Translations under genes and position numbers: made by a program
Shown: positions 1 through 8,276 of the stretch, piece by piece
Position numbering within the stretch: position 1 is the first letter of the stretch
Layout of the letters: each line of letters begins with the position of its first letter
Source: an uncultured Actinomycetes bacterium
GTDB taxonomy: Bacteria; Actinomycetota; Thermoleophilia; Gaiellales; JAICJC01
Length of the DNA: 64,000 nucleotides
Direction of reading: 5' to 3'
Assembly (NCBI GenBank): GCA_963825325.1
Contig: CAWGSU010000006.1
Coordinates: 66,155-130,154 of the forward strand
Notes under the pieces: model-generated
The model's database searches: none
What the model was told of the DNA's origin: nothing
Seen by the model: only the letters and a program-made list of their open reading frames with translations

Positions 1-72
1 GGGCTCGACTGCTTCCGGGTCGACGGCGCCCGGTGCGGGCGGCTCCGACGGCCGGGGCTCGACGTCCGCCAT
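1..72 (-). CDS. 5' end of an unidentified CDS that runs off the window (MADVEPRPSEPPAPGAVDPEAVEP...)
   Basis: ATG at 72..70 lies 8 nt downstream of the rplS stop and the frame stays open to position 1. Third codon positions are almost all G/C, as in neighbouring genes. The fragment is too short for a family call. Confidence 0.25.
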   Translation of the reverse strand, partial: MADVEPRPSEPPAPGAVDPEAVEP

Positions 73-80
73 GTGCGAGG

Positions 81-422
81 CTAGCGCGACTTCTCGCGCA
101 CGCGCGCGGCCTTGCCAACCTTGCCGCGGAGGTAGTACAGCTTCGCTCGGTGGACGTCTCCGATGCTCATCACCTGGAGACGGTCGATCTTGGGTGAATG
201 CAGGGGGAACGTGCGCTCGACGCCGATCCCGAACGACTGCTTGCGGACGGTGAACGTCTCGCGTACCCCCGCGCCCTGGCGTTTGATGCACACGCCCTCG
301 AACACCTGGATGCGCTGGCGCTGGCCCTCGATCACCTTGAAGTGGACGCGCACGGTGTCGCCCGCTTTGAAGCGGGGCACTTCACGCGCCTGGCGGCGCT
401 CGATGTCGGAGATGACGCTCAT
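81..422 (-). CDS. rplS: 50S ribosomal protein L19
   Basis: From ATG 422 the translation is [33 protein letters not shown]...VRETFTVRK...AKLYYLR, a full-length 113-aa L19. The ORF-track extension to 461 ([13 protein letters not shown]) is not L19-like. It is the last gene of the rpsP-rimM-trmD-rplS cluster. Confidence 0.93.
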   Translation of the reverse strand: MSVISDIERRQAREVPRFKAGDTVRVHFKVIEGQRQRIQVFEGVCIKRQGAGVRETFTVRKQSFGIGVERTFPLHSPKIDRLQVMSIGDVHRAKLYYLRGKVGKAARVREKSR

Positions 423-473
423 CAGAAAAAGAAGGGCGGGCGGCCGGATAATGCTAGCCACCCGGGGACGGGC

Positions 474-1175
474 TCACAAGTCGGACCCGCCCTGGGCGGC
501 GCCGCGGCGCTCCGACCACTCGCGCCGCCAGCGCTCGACCTCGCCGTGGTGGCCCGATCGCAGCACGTCGGGCACGGCCCAGCCGCGGAAGATCTCGGGC
601 CGGGTGTAGTGCGGATACTCGGGCAGACCGGCGAGCGCCTCGGAGTAGGAGTCGTGCTCGTGGCTCTCGCGCTTGCCGAGCGCGCCGGGCAGCTTGCGCG
701 TGACGGCATCGATCACCGCCATCGCCGCCACCTCGCCGCCGGACAGCACGTAGCGGCCGACCGACAGCTCGTCGTTTGCGAGGTGGTCGTGGACGCGCTG
801 GTCGAAGCCCTCGTAGCGGCCGCAGAGCAGCGTGAGCCGCTCGAGGCCGGCCAGCTCGCCCACCACCGCGTCCGTCAGCTGCCGCCCCACCGGCGTCAGC
901 ACGGCCACGCGGCGGCCCGCAAGCACTCCCGCGATGTCGTCGCCATAGGTCGCCTCGAGCGCGGCGCAGACGACGTCCACGCGGATGACCATCCCCGCAC
1001 CACCGCCGTAGGGCGCGTCGTCGACCTGGCGGTAGTCGCCGATCGAGTGGTCGCGCAGGTCGACCGTGCGCAGCCGCAGCGACCCGGCCGCAACGGCGTT
1101 TCGCACCGGACGCGTCTCCTCGAGCCAGGTGAAGTAGGCGGGAAAGAGCGTAAAGACGTCGAGCTCGAGCGCCAT
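474..1175 (-). CDS. trmD: tRNA (guanine37-N1)-methyltransferase
   Basis: The 233-aa product ([11 protein letters not shown]...[12 protein letters not shown]...) is typical TrmD. It sits in the canonical position between rimM and rplS. Confidence 0.95.
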   Translation of the reverse strand: MALELDVFTLFPAYFTWLEETRPVRNAVAAGSLRLRTVDLRDHSIGDYRQVDDAPYGGGAGMVIRVDVVCAALEATYGDDIAGVLAGRRVAVLTPVGRQLTDAVVGELAGLERLTLLCGRYEGFDQRVHDHLANDELSVGRYVLSGGEVAAMAVIDAVTRKLPGALGKRESHEHDSYSEALAGLPEYPHYTRPEIFRGWAVPDVLRSGHHGEVERWRREWSERRGAAQGGSDL

Positions 1176-1177
1176 CT

Positions 1178-1699
1178 CTACAGAAAGTCGGCGCGGATCG
1201 TGATCAGGCGGCCGGCGAGGTCGACCGTCTCGACGACGTCGGCGGCAAACGGGACGAGCGCCGCGTCAGCCCCGCCGTCGGATCGCACCTCGAGCACGTC
1301 GTTCGCCGGGTAGACGAGCACGTCGGAGACAGTGCCGAGGAGCCGCTCCCCGGACGTCACGCGGCAGCCGATCAGGTCGACGTGGGCGTACTCGTCGGCG
1401 TCGGGCTCGGGCGGGGGCAGCGCCGAGGCGGGCACCTCGACGTCGAACCCGCGCAGGGCCTCGGCCGCGTTGCGGTCGGCGACCAGGTCGAAGCGGACGA
1501 TCGGATGGGAGTCGCTCCCGCGCCGGTCGACGATCTGCGCTGCTCGGCCGCCCACCGTCACCCGCAGGCCGCGCGTGAGCGCCACCGCCCCGCCGTGCCC
1601 GTCGAGGTAGACGGCGCCGTCGAGCCCGTGCGCACGCCCGACGCGGCCGACCACGATCGTGGGCGGCCGCCAGGGGGTGTCAGTCGGCGACTTCGACAT
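1178..1699 (-). CDS. rimM: 16S rRNA processing protein RimM
   Basis: The 173-aa product carries [17 protein letters not shown] and PRC-barrel-like C-terminal features, and lies between the KH gene and trmD. The start overlaps the KH gene by 20 nt, so it may be slightly later. Confidence 0.88.
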   Translation of the reverse strand: MSKSPTDTPWRPPTIVVGRVGRAHGLDGAVYLDGHGGAVALTRGLRVTVGGRAAQIVDRRGSDSHPIVRFDLVADRNAAEALRGFDVEVPASALPPPEPDADEYAHVDLIGCRVTSGERLLGTVSDVLVYPANDVLEVRSDGGADAALVPFAADVVETVDLAGRLITIRADFL

Positions 1700-1913
1700 G
1701 CACGCGCCGGCCGCTCTGCACCGCCGACGCCTTCACCACGGTGCGCAGCGCCCGTGCGATCCGGCCCTGCTTGCCGATCACCTTGCCGATGTCGTCCGGC
1801 GCCACGTGCAGCTCGAGCACGAGCTCGCCCGACGCGCCCTCGTGCCGCTCGACGCGCACGTCGTCAGGGTGGTCGACGAGCTGCCGAGCGAGGTAGGCGA
1901 GCAGGTCTTCCAC
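1680..1913 (-). CDS. KH-domain RNA-binding protein (YlqC/UPF0109 family)
   Basis: The 77-aa product has the KH GXXG motif (IGKVIGKQGRIARALRTVV). It occupies the conserved slot between rpsP and rimM. Confidence 0.85.
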   Translation of the reverse strand: MEDLLAYLARQLVDHPDDVRVERHEGASGELVLELHVAPDDIGKVIGKQGRIARALRTVVKASAVQSGRRVHVEVAD

Positions 1914-1924
1914 AGGCCCGCGGC

Positions 1925-2164
1925 CTAGACGCCCGCGATCTGGAGCAGCTTGCGCACGGTGTCGGTCGGCTGCGCCCCCTGGGCGAGCCAGGCGCGGGCG
2001 CGGTCGGTATCGATCTCGACCAGCGACGGCTCCATCTGCGGGTTGTACCGGCCGATCTCCTCCAGCGTGCGCCCGTCCCGGGGGACGCGCGAGTCCGCCA
2101 CGACGACGCGGTAGATCGGGTTCTTGTTGGATCCGTGCCGCGCGAGGCGGATCTTTACTGCCAC
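1925..2164 (-). CDS. rpsP: 30S ribosomal protein S16
   Basis: The translation [26 protein letters not shown]...RYNP is S16. It uses a GTG start preceded by GGAGGG with about 7 nt spacing. Confidence 0.95.
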   Translation of the reverse strand: MAVKIRLARHGSNKNPIYRVVVADSRVPRDGRTLEEIGRYNPQMEPSLVEIDTDRARAWLAQGAQPTDTVRKLLQIAGV

Positions 2165-2230
2165 GAAGGCCCTCCGTTGACTGGCGAATGCTGGACGAGC
2201 GCAGTGTACCGGGCCGCCTGCCGAACGCGC

Positions 2231-2256
2231 GACGGCCGCCCCGGAGGGCGGCCGTC
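2231..2256 (-). terminator. GC-rich hairpin downstream of the 2285..2722 gene
   Basis: GACGGCCGCCC-CGGA-GGGCGGCCGTC forms a perfect 11-bp stem with a 4-nt loop, 29 nt after the stop at 2285. There is no T-tract. Confidence 0.45.
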
Positions 2257-2284
2257 AGCGTTCACACAAGGGACGTGCGGTCGG

Positions 2285-2722
2285 CTACCAGCCGAACCCC
2301 CCGAACCCGAATCCCCCGAATCCGAATCCGCCCTTGTTGTTGTAGCCGGGAGGGCCGTAGTTGTTGTTGCCGCCCTTGTCCCCCTTGTGGCCCTTCTGAC
2401 CGTACTGGTCACACGACGGCGTGTAGCTCCAGCCCTTGTTGTTGTTGCTGTAGCCGACGCTGTGCTGAACCGAGTTCGTGGCGTAGCTCACACCGCCGAA
2501 CGCGGCCATCGCGCCGAACACACCTGCCGTCAGCACGCCGGCCAGAGCGATGCGGAACCCGCCGCCGCGCCGAGCCGGACGCGCACTGATGCGGCTGACG
2601 ATGTCCCGCTGGACGCTGCGATCCAGCTCGGGCCGCTCCGAACGGAGCATCCCCTCCAGATCCGTTAGCCCACGATCCTGCCTCGAGAACCTCACTCCGA
2701 TGCCTCCTCCGCATCTCGACAT
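2285..2722 (-). CDS. Hypothetical single-pass membrane protein with a Gly/Asn/Lys/Tyr-rich (GF)n C-terminal tail; possible anti-sigma-like N-terminus
   Basis: This is a 145-aa ORF. The N-terminal region (LRSERPELDRSVQRDIVSRI) is followed by one hydrophobic helix (FRIALAGVLTAGVFGAMAAFGGV). The tail reads ...GYSNNNKGW...GGNNNYGPPGYNNKGGFGFGGFGFGGFGW. I recognise no family. The start is uncertain (ATG 2722 or Met25 at 2650). Confidence 0.55.
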   Translation of the reverse strand: MSRCGGGIGVRFSRQDRGLTDLEGMLRSERPELDRSVQRDIVSRISARPARRGGGFRIALAGVLTAGVFGAMAAFGGVSYATNSVQHSVGYSNNNKGWSYTPSCDQYGQKGHKGDKGGNNNYGPPGYNNKGGFGFGGFGFGGFGW

Positions 2723-2789
2723 ACTGTCTTACCCTGAACTACCGGGGCGGCGGCCGTTTCCTTACAGGCTCGGCGGAGAATCTGTGAAG

Positions 2790-4692
2790 TCAGTGCAGCG
2801 CGAGCACCTGCGGCTCGCGCGGGTCGAGCAGCTGCGCGTGCGCCAGTGCCCGCTGCCGCGCCTGACCGCTCGAGGCGCGGGCGAGATCGAGCCACGCCTG
2901 CCAGCTCTGCGAGTCGCGTGCCACCGCGGCCTGGAACGCCGACCTGGCCTCGCCGGTGCGGCCCTCGCCGAGGAGGGCCAGGCCGAGCTCGACGCGCGCA
3001 TCCGCCGACCACGGCTCCCAGCTCACGGCGGTGCGGGCGTCGCCCTCGGCGGTAACCCAGTGATGGGTGGAGGCCGCCCGCTGGCTGGCCGCGGCCGAAG
3101 CGTTCGCGCGCAGGCCGACCAGTGCGAGCACCGCCACGAGCGCGATCACGGCGAGCGCGGTGGCGCGGACGCCGCGGGCCGAGAGCGAGAACGTCCAGCG
3201 CGGCACCGGCGTGCTCGTGAGCATGCCGACGGCGCACGTGAGCGCGACCAGCGTGATCGCGGTCATCTGCCAGTCCCAGTCGACGGCGGCGTGCAGCAGG
3301 TAGGCGACGAACCCACCGAACGCGACCGGCACGAGCGCGTCCCCACGGGCGCGGATGCCGGCGACGAGCGGCGCCCCCAAGCCGGCCAGCACGAGCAGCA
3401 GCCCGATCGGCCCGAGATCGGCGAGCGTCTCCAGGTACAGGTTGTGCGCGTTCTTGACCTTCAGCCCGGTCGTGCGGTGCTGGAGGTAGTAGCGCTCGTA
3501 CGTCCCCGCCCCGGCGCCGAGCAGCTCGTGGTGCTGGTAGTCGTGCCAGGCGATCCGCCACAGGCCGGCGCGCGCGTTGCCCGAGAGGCTGAAGAGGCGC
3601 AGGTTGAGGTTACGGCCGACGTGGCCCGCGGTGCCGTTGAATCCCCCCGGCGGCGGCGCGTTGAAGCGGTTGTACGCATCGCTCGCGATCGTGATCGGCG
3701 ACCCGAACCGCACCAGGGCGACGAGGATCAGGAGCACCACGGCAGCTGCGGTCGCCATGTGACCCATCCGCGTCTGTGCGGCCGAGGGCTCGAATCTCTG
3801 CTCGAGCACGCGCAGCGCCCACACCGTCGCCGCGATCCCGAGCGTCGTCACGACGAGCACCGCGGTCAGGCGGTGGCCCTCGGTCGCGGTCGGACCCACC
3901 TTCGACGCGGCGTGGGTGAGCGCGGATGACGTGGCGGCGAGAGCGACGTCGAGCACGAGCCAAGGTGCCGCGGCGAGGAGCGTCGCGAGCAGGAACCAGC
4001 GCCGGCGATCAAGCGCGACCGCCGCGACCAGGCCGAACCCGAACGCGATCCAGGCGCCGCGGCTGAAGGTGAAATAGAGCGCCGTGACCATCGACCGGCA
4101 GCGTGCAGGCGGCCAGGATGCGGCCGGGGAGCGCGCGCGCGTGGGCGGCCAGCCCCAGAGCGATGATGGCGCCCATCGCCGCCAGGATGCCGAGGCCGTT
4201 CCAGTACCCGACCGGCTCCGCCAGCCGTCCGGTGTCCGCGATCCCGCCGATCGCGTGCACGCTCGGGAACAGGCGCCCAACGAGCCCGTAGGCGCAGGCG
4301 ATGGCGACGGCGGCGAGCGCCCCGGCGAGCAGGCTCCCGATCGCTCCGCGGCGCGAGACGAGCAGCAGGGCGACCAGTCCGGCGACGTACACGAGCGTCC
4401 GCTGGGCCTCGAGCACCGCCGACGTCGTGTCACCCGACCAGGTCGCCGAGATCAGCATCCACACGGTCAGGAGGCCGAACGCGGACACGGTCACCGCCTC
4501 GGCGGCCGTCACGTCGACCTCGTGACGCACGAGCACGGCGATCGCCGCGGCCCACAGCAGCGCAGCCGCGCTCCAGCCCCAGGCCGGCGGGAAGTAGCCG
4601 CCGTTGCCTGCCGCGAGCGGGGTCAGCACGGCCGCGGCCAGCAGGCCGGGGGCGACGTTTGCGAGCGACAGCCGGCGCAGCGACAGGGGCAT
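2790..4692 (-). pseudogene. O-antigen ligase (Wzy_C)-like polytopic membrane protein with C-terminal TPR-like region, split by a frameshift near 4085..4110
   Basis: ORF 4009..4773 (start refined to ATG 4692, MPLSLRRLSLANVAPG...) encodes N-terminal TM helices. ORF 2790..4433 continues in another frame with MVTALYFTFSRGAWIAFG... (the SRGAW ligase motif), more TM helices and a helical-repeat C-terminus (EARSAFQAAVARDSQSWQAWLDLA). The span is 1903 nt, which is 3n+1. Confidence 0.7.
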
Positions 4693-4708
4693 CCCGGTGG
4701 CGGTCAGG

Positions 4709-5233
4709 TCAGTAGACAGCGCGCGCCTCCCCCGAGGCCGAATGCCCCTCGGGCTCGTCCTCCTGGAGCACACCGCGCAGGCGCCCCAGGGCGCGGTGAA
4801 GCGCCACCTCGACGCCGTTCGTGCTCATCTCGAGCACCGCCGCGATCTGGGCCGCCTTCATGTCCGCGCCGTAGCGCATGGCCAGGAGCTCGCGGTCGCG
4901 CTCGGACAGCTGCTCGAGCGCGGCGTTCAGGGTGATGCGCTCGACCGAGTCGTGCTCGAGCTCGCCCGGGGCGGCCAGGTCGGGCACCTCGGTGGCGGTA
5001 TCCGTCCCTTTCAAGGCGCGGTCGGTGAGCACGTTTCGCGCGATCCCGATCAGCCAGGCCAGGGGCGCGCCCTTGGACTGGTCGTACCCCGAGCGGTAGC
5101 GCAGCGCGCGCTCGAAGACCTCGCCGGTGACGTCCTCGGCGTCGTGTCCAGCACCGATCCGGTACGCGACGAATGCGTACACGCTGCGGATCAGGGGCTC
5201 GGGGTTGCCCAGGGGGTCGCGACCGTGCCTCAC
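4709..5233 (-). CDS. ECF-type RNA polymerase sigma-70 family factor
   Basis: Region 2 reads AEDVTGEVFERALRYRSGYDQSKGAPLAWLIGIARNVL. Region 4 HTH reads LSERDRELLAMRYGADMKAAQIAAVLEMSTNGVEVALHRALGRLR. It starts at GTG 5233, which has a TACGCT box 6 nt upstream. Confidence 0.85.
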   Translation of the reverse strand: MRHGRDPLGNPEPLIRSVYAFVAYRIGAGHDAEDVTGEVFERALRYRSGYDQSKGAPLAWLIGIARNVLTDRALKGTDTATEVPDLAAPGELEHDSVERITLNAALEQLSERDRELLAMRYGADMKAAQIAAVLEMSTNGVEVALHRALGRLRGVLQEDEPEGHSASGEARAVY

Positions 5234-5239
5234 CTCCCA

Positions 5240-5245
5240 AGCGTA
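5240..5245 (-). promoter_or_regulatory. Putative -10 (TACGCT) 6 nt upstream of the ECF sigma GTG
   Basis: The minus-sense sequence is TACGCT-TGGGAG-GTG. It belongs to the recurring TANNNT-N6-10-start pattern described in the findings. Confidence 0.35.
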
Positions 5246-5294
5246 CGACAGAGCCGGTAAGCAGTAAACCCGCGATTCTTGCGGTTGGAGCCTG

Positions 5295-6623
5295 CTACCG
5301 CATCAGGCCGGGGAACTGGGGCATCTTGCCCTTCCCGATCTGCTTCATCATCTTCTGCATCTGCTTGAACTGCCCGAGCAGCTGGTTGACCTGCTGCACG
5401 TTCGTGCCGCTCCCGGCCGCGATCCGGCGCCGGCGGCTGCCGTCGATCGAGCGCGGGTTGCGCCGCTCGGCCGGGGTCATCGAGAGGATGATCGCCTCGA
5501 CCCGGTCGATCTGGCGCTCGTCGACCTTCAGGTTCTTCACCTGGCGACCGACGCCGGGCAGCATCCCCAGCAGCCCGGCCATGCCCTGCCCGGCCGTCAT
5601 CTTGCGCACCTGGCGCAGCTGGCCGAGGAAGTCCTCGAGTGTGAACTCGGCCTTGCGGAGCTTGGCCTCCATCGCCTTTGCGTCCTGCTCGGAGATCTGC
5701 TCCTGCGCCCGCTCGATCAGCGACATCACGTCGCCCATCCCGAGGATGCGCGATGCGAGCCGGTCGGGATGGAACGGTTCGAGCTGGTCGAGCTTCTCGC
5801 CCACCGAGACGTACTTGATCGGCTTGCCGGTGACGGCGCGCACCGCCAGCGCGGCGCCGCCGCGAGCATCGCCGTCGAGCTTCGTCAGGATCACGCCGTC
5901 GTAGTCGACCGCATCGGCGAACGCCTGGGCGACGTTCACGGCGTCCTGGCCCGTCATCGAGTCGAGCACGAGCAGCACGTTGTGGGGCTTCGTCACCTTC
6001 TTGATCTGGACGAGCTGGTCCATCAGCTCCTCGTCGACGTGCAGGCGACCGGCGGTGTCGACGATCACGACGTCGCGGCCCTGCGCACGCGCCTGCTCCA
6101 CCCCCCACGCCGCCACCTCGACCGGGTCGGCGTCGGTGCCGCGGTCGTACACGGGCACCTGCAGCGACTTGCCGAGCGTCTGCAGCTGCTGCACGGCCGC
6201 CGGGCGCTGCAGGTCGCAGGCGACCATCGCCGGCGAGCGCTTCTGCTTGGCGAGCAGGCGGGCGAGCTTGCCGCACGCGGTCGTCTTGCCCGAGCCCTGC
6301 AGGCCGGCCATCAAGATCACCGTCGGCGGCCGGTTGGCGAACGAGAGTCCCGAGCCGGCGGTGCCCATGAGCGCGGTCAGCTCCTCGTGCACGATCTTCA
6401 CGACCTGCTGGCCAGGGGTGAGGCTCTGCATCACCTCGGCGCCCATCGCCCGCTCGCGCACCTTGGCCACGAAGTCGCGCACCACGCCGAAGTTCACGTC
6501 CGCCTCGAGCAAGGCGAGGCGGATCTCGCGCATCGCCTTCTGAATGTCCTCCTCGCTCAGCCGACCCTGGCCGCGCAGGCCGTCGAGGGTGGCGCCGAGA
6601 CGGTCGGAGAGGGACTCGAACAT
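5295..6623 (-). CDS. ffh: Signal recognition particle protein Ffh
   Basis: The 442-aa product has the SRP54 N and G domains (LMAGLQGSGKTTACGKLA, DTAGRL, TKLDGDARGG) and a Met-rich M domain. Confidence 0.97.
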   Translation of the reverse strand: MFESLSDRLGATLDGLRGQGRLSEEDIQKAMREIRLALLEADVNFGVVRDFVAKVRERAMGAEVMQSLTPGQQVVKIVHEELTALMGTAGSGLSFANRPPTVILMAGLQGSGKTTACGKLARLLAKQKRSPAMVACDLQRPAAVQQLQTLGKSLQVPVYDRGTDADPVEVAAWGVEQARAQGRDVVIVDTAGRLHVDEELMDQLVQIKKVTKPHNVLLVLDSMTGQDAVNVAQAFADAVDYDGVILTKLDGDARGGAALAVRAVTGKPIKYVSVGEKLDQLEPFHPDRLASRILGMGDVMSLIERAQEQISEQDAKAMEAKLRKAEFTLEDFLGQLRQVRKMTAGQGMAGLLGMLPGVGRQVKNLKVDERQIDRVEAIILSMTPAERRNPRSIDGSRRRRIAAGSGTNVQQVNQLLGQFKQMQKMMKQIGKGKMPQFPGLMR

Positions 6624-6629
6624 CGTCGA

Positions 6630-6635
6630 AGCCTA
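6630..6635 (-). promoter_or_regulatory. Putative -10 (TAGGCT) 6 nt upstream of the ffh ATG
   Basis: The minus-sense sequence is TAGGCT-TCGACG-ATG, with no Shine-Dalgarno. Confidence 0.4.
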
Positions 6636-6642
6636 ATGCTCG

Positions 6643-7254
6643 CTAGATGCAGACGCGGTGACCGGTCGCAACGCTCACGGCGCCGGCCATCCGTTTCGTG
6701 AAGGTCGTGTCGCCGACGCGGTACCGGATGCCGACCCCCGTGATCGGGGTGCATCCGCGCCCCAGCGGCGTGGCCACGAGGGCGACGGTCAGGCCCCACG
6801 GCGCACCGGGCGCAGCGCCGGCGAGCGCATGCAGCGAGCGGCCGGCGACCTGCGTCATTTGGCTCGGCCGGATCTCGCGCGGCCCTCCGGTGAACGGGCC
6901 GATGTAGTTGCCCTGCGGTTTGCCGGCGACGGCGTACACGTGCAGACGGACGCCGGGGATGTGCGGCAGGATCACACCGGTGACGGTCGCGCGGCTGGTC
7001 GCCGTGTCGCCCTCGAGCAGAGCGGAGAACACGACGGGCTCGCCCACGTGGAGCTTGGCCACGCCCGAGCTCTCGAAGCCGAACCCCGGGTAGCGGTTCA
7101 GCGGGTCGGCCGGCCGGGTCGACGCCGCCCATGCGGTCAGGCCGGCCGCGAGCGCCGCTAGGAGCACGAGCCCGATGCCGAGCTGCGGCGTGAGGACTTC
7201 GGCGAGACGTGCGCTGCGGACGTCTGCGTGACTGAGGGCCACGCTTGCGAGCAT
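6643..7254 (-). CDS. Hypothetical membrane-anchored protein
   Basis: This 203-aa ORF has high GC3. It has one N-terminal hydrophobic helix (LGIGLVLLAALAAGLTAW) followed by a beta-rich domain. I recognise no family. It starts 4 nt after the ftsY stop. Confidence 0.6.
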   Translation of the reverse strand: MLASVALSHADVRSARLAEVLTPQLGIGLVLLAALAAGLTAWAASTRPADPLNRYPGFGFESSGVAKLHVGEPVVFSALLEGDTATSRATVTGVILPHIPGVRLHVYAVAGKPQGNYIGPFTGGPREIRPSQMTQVAGRSLHALAGAAPGAPWGLTVALVATPLGRGCTPITGVGIRYRVGDTTFTKRMAGAVSVATGHRVCI

Positions 7255-7258
7255 ACCG

Positions 7259-8227
7259 TCAGCCGTCGGCGGCGAACAGCGCGCGGGCGAAGTCGGCCGG
7301 GTCGAACGGGCGCAGGTCCTCGATGCCCTCGCCGATCCCGATCAGCTTCACGGGGATGCCGAGCTCGTGGGCGATCGCAAGCGCGATCCCGCCCTTCGCG
7401 GTGCCGTCGAGCTTGGTCAGCACGATCCCGGTGACATCGACGGCTTCGGCGAACAGACGCGCCTGCTGCAGCCCGTTCTGGCCCGTCGTCGCGTCGATCG
7501 TGAGCAGCACCTCGTGCGGCGCGCCGGGGATGCGCTGGGCGATCACGCGGTGGATCTTGCGCAGCTCCTCCATCAGGTGCCCCTGGGTGTGCAACCGCCC
7601 CGCCGTGTCGACGATGACGACGTCGCGGCCGCGGGCCTCGGCGGCGGAGACGGCGTCGAAGGCGACAGCGGCCGGGTCGGCGCCGGACTGGGACGAGACG
7701 AAGTCCGCCTCGGCCCGCGTCGCCCACGTCTCGAGCTGCTCGCCCGCCGCCGCCCGGAACGTGTCGGCGGCGCCGATCACGCAGGTGCGGCCGGCCTCGC
7801 GCAGGTGCCAGGCGATCTTGCCGATCGAGGTCGTCTTGCCGGTGCCGTTCACGCCGCTCACGAGCAGCACGGCCGGGTGGGCGGTGATGTCGATGCGCGG
7901 ATCGGCCTCCGGGGTCATCAGCTCGGCGATGATGGCCTGGAGCCGGGTGCTCAGCTCGTCGGCGGTCGTGAGCCGGCCCGCATCGGCCTCGGCCTCGAGC
8001 CGCTCGATCACGGCGACGGTCGCCGGGACGCCGCAGTCGGACAGGAGCAGCGCCTCCTCGAGCCGCTCCCACACGGCCTCGTCGGCCGGGTTGAACATGA
8101 CCCCGGCCAGCTGCTGGGCCATCGCCCGGCGGCTGCGCGAGAGGTTGTCGCGCAGCCGCGAGAAGAGGCCGCGGCCGGACTCGGCCGGCTCCGCCTCCGG
8201 CTCATCGCCCTCGCCGGTGTTGAACAT
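7259..8227 (-). CDS. ftsY: Signal recognition particle receptor FtsY
   Basis: The SRP GTPase motifs are present (LVSGVNGTGKTTSIGKIA, DTAGRLH, TKLDGTAKGG). I chose Met23 of the ORF (MFNTGEGDE...) as the start so that it does not overlap the divergent 8277 gene. A start at 8293 is possible. Confidence 0.92.
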   Translation of the reverse strand: MFNTGEGDEPEAEPAESGRGLFSRLRDNLSRSRRAMAQQLAGVMFNPADEAVWERLEEALLLSDCGVPATVAVIERLEAEADAGRLTTADELSTRLQAIIAELMTPEADPRIDITAHPAVLLVSGVNGTGKTTSIGKIAWHLREAGRTCVIGAADTFRAAAGEQLETWATRAEADFVSSQSGADPAAVAFDAVSAAEARGRDVVIVDTAGRLHTQGHLMEELRKIHRVIAQRIPGAPHEVLLTIDATTGQNGLQQARLFAEAVDVTGIVLTKLDGTAKGGIALAIAHELGIPVKLIGIGEGIEDLRPFDPADFARALFAADG

Positions 8228-8276
8228 CGCGTGCCATGTGCGCGTCACGACGCGGGATCGTAGTAGCGTCGCCACC

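Noticed and set aside
423-473. The only T-rich tract in the window (minus-sense CCCTTCTTTTTCTG just before the rplS ATG), preceded by GC-rich segments. I considered it as an intrinsic terminator, an attenuator or an L19 leader.
   Set aside because: The best stem I can draw (GGGUGGC...GCCGCCC with a G-U pair and a 12-nt loop) is weak and is separated from the T-tract by 4 nt. The region is only 51 nt long. It is noted as odd (no SD upstream of rplS), but I cannot support a structured regulator.
198-1313. Long plus-strand ORF (371 aa) antisense to trmD and rimM. There are many similar long alternative-frame ORFs across the window, for example 1382..2668, 2550..3929, 11714..13900, 17171..18394, 19723..21648, 31044..33293 and 48275..50293.
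   Set aside because: Their translations are Arg/Ala/Pro/Gly-rich low-complexity strings with no recognisable motifs. They overlap genes with unmistakable family signatures on the other strand or frame. Long spurious ORFs are expected in DNA this GC-rich because stop codons are rare.
2290-2345. Short tandem DNA repeats (ccgaa(c/t)cc x5), considered as a micro-satellite or CRISPR-like array.
   Set aside because: The units are 8 nt with no spacers and lie inside an ORF, where they encode the GFGFGGFGFGGFGW tail. This is a coding low-complexity repeat, not a CRISPR array.
2285-5233. Calling the ECF-sigma insert a mobile genomic island.
   Set aside because: There is no integrase, transposase or recombinase, no flanking tRNA, and no direct or inverted terminal repeats that I could find. 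Apart from the G/N-rich tail, the composition matches the surrounding DNA.
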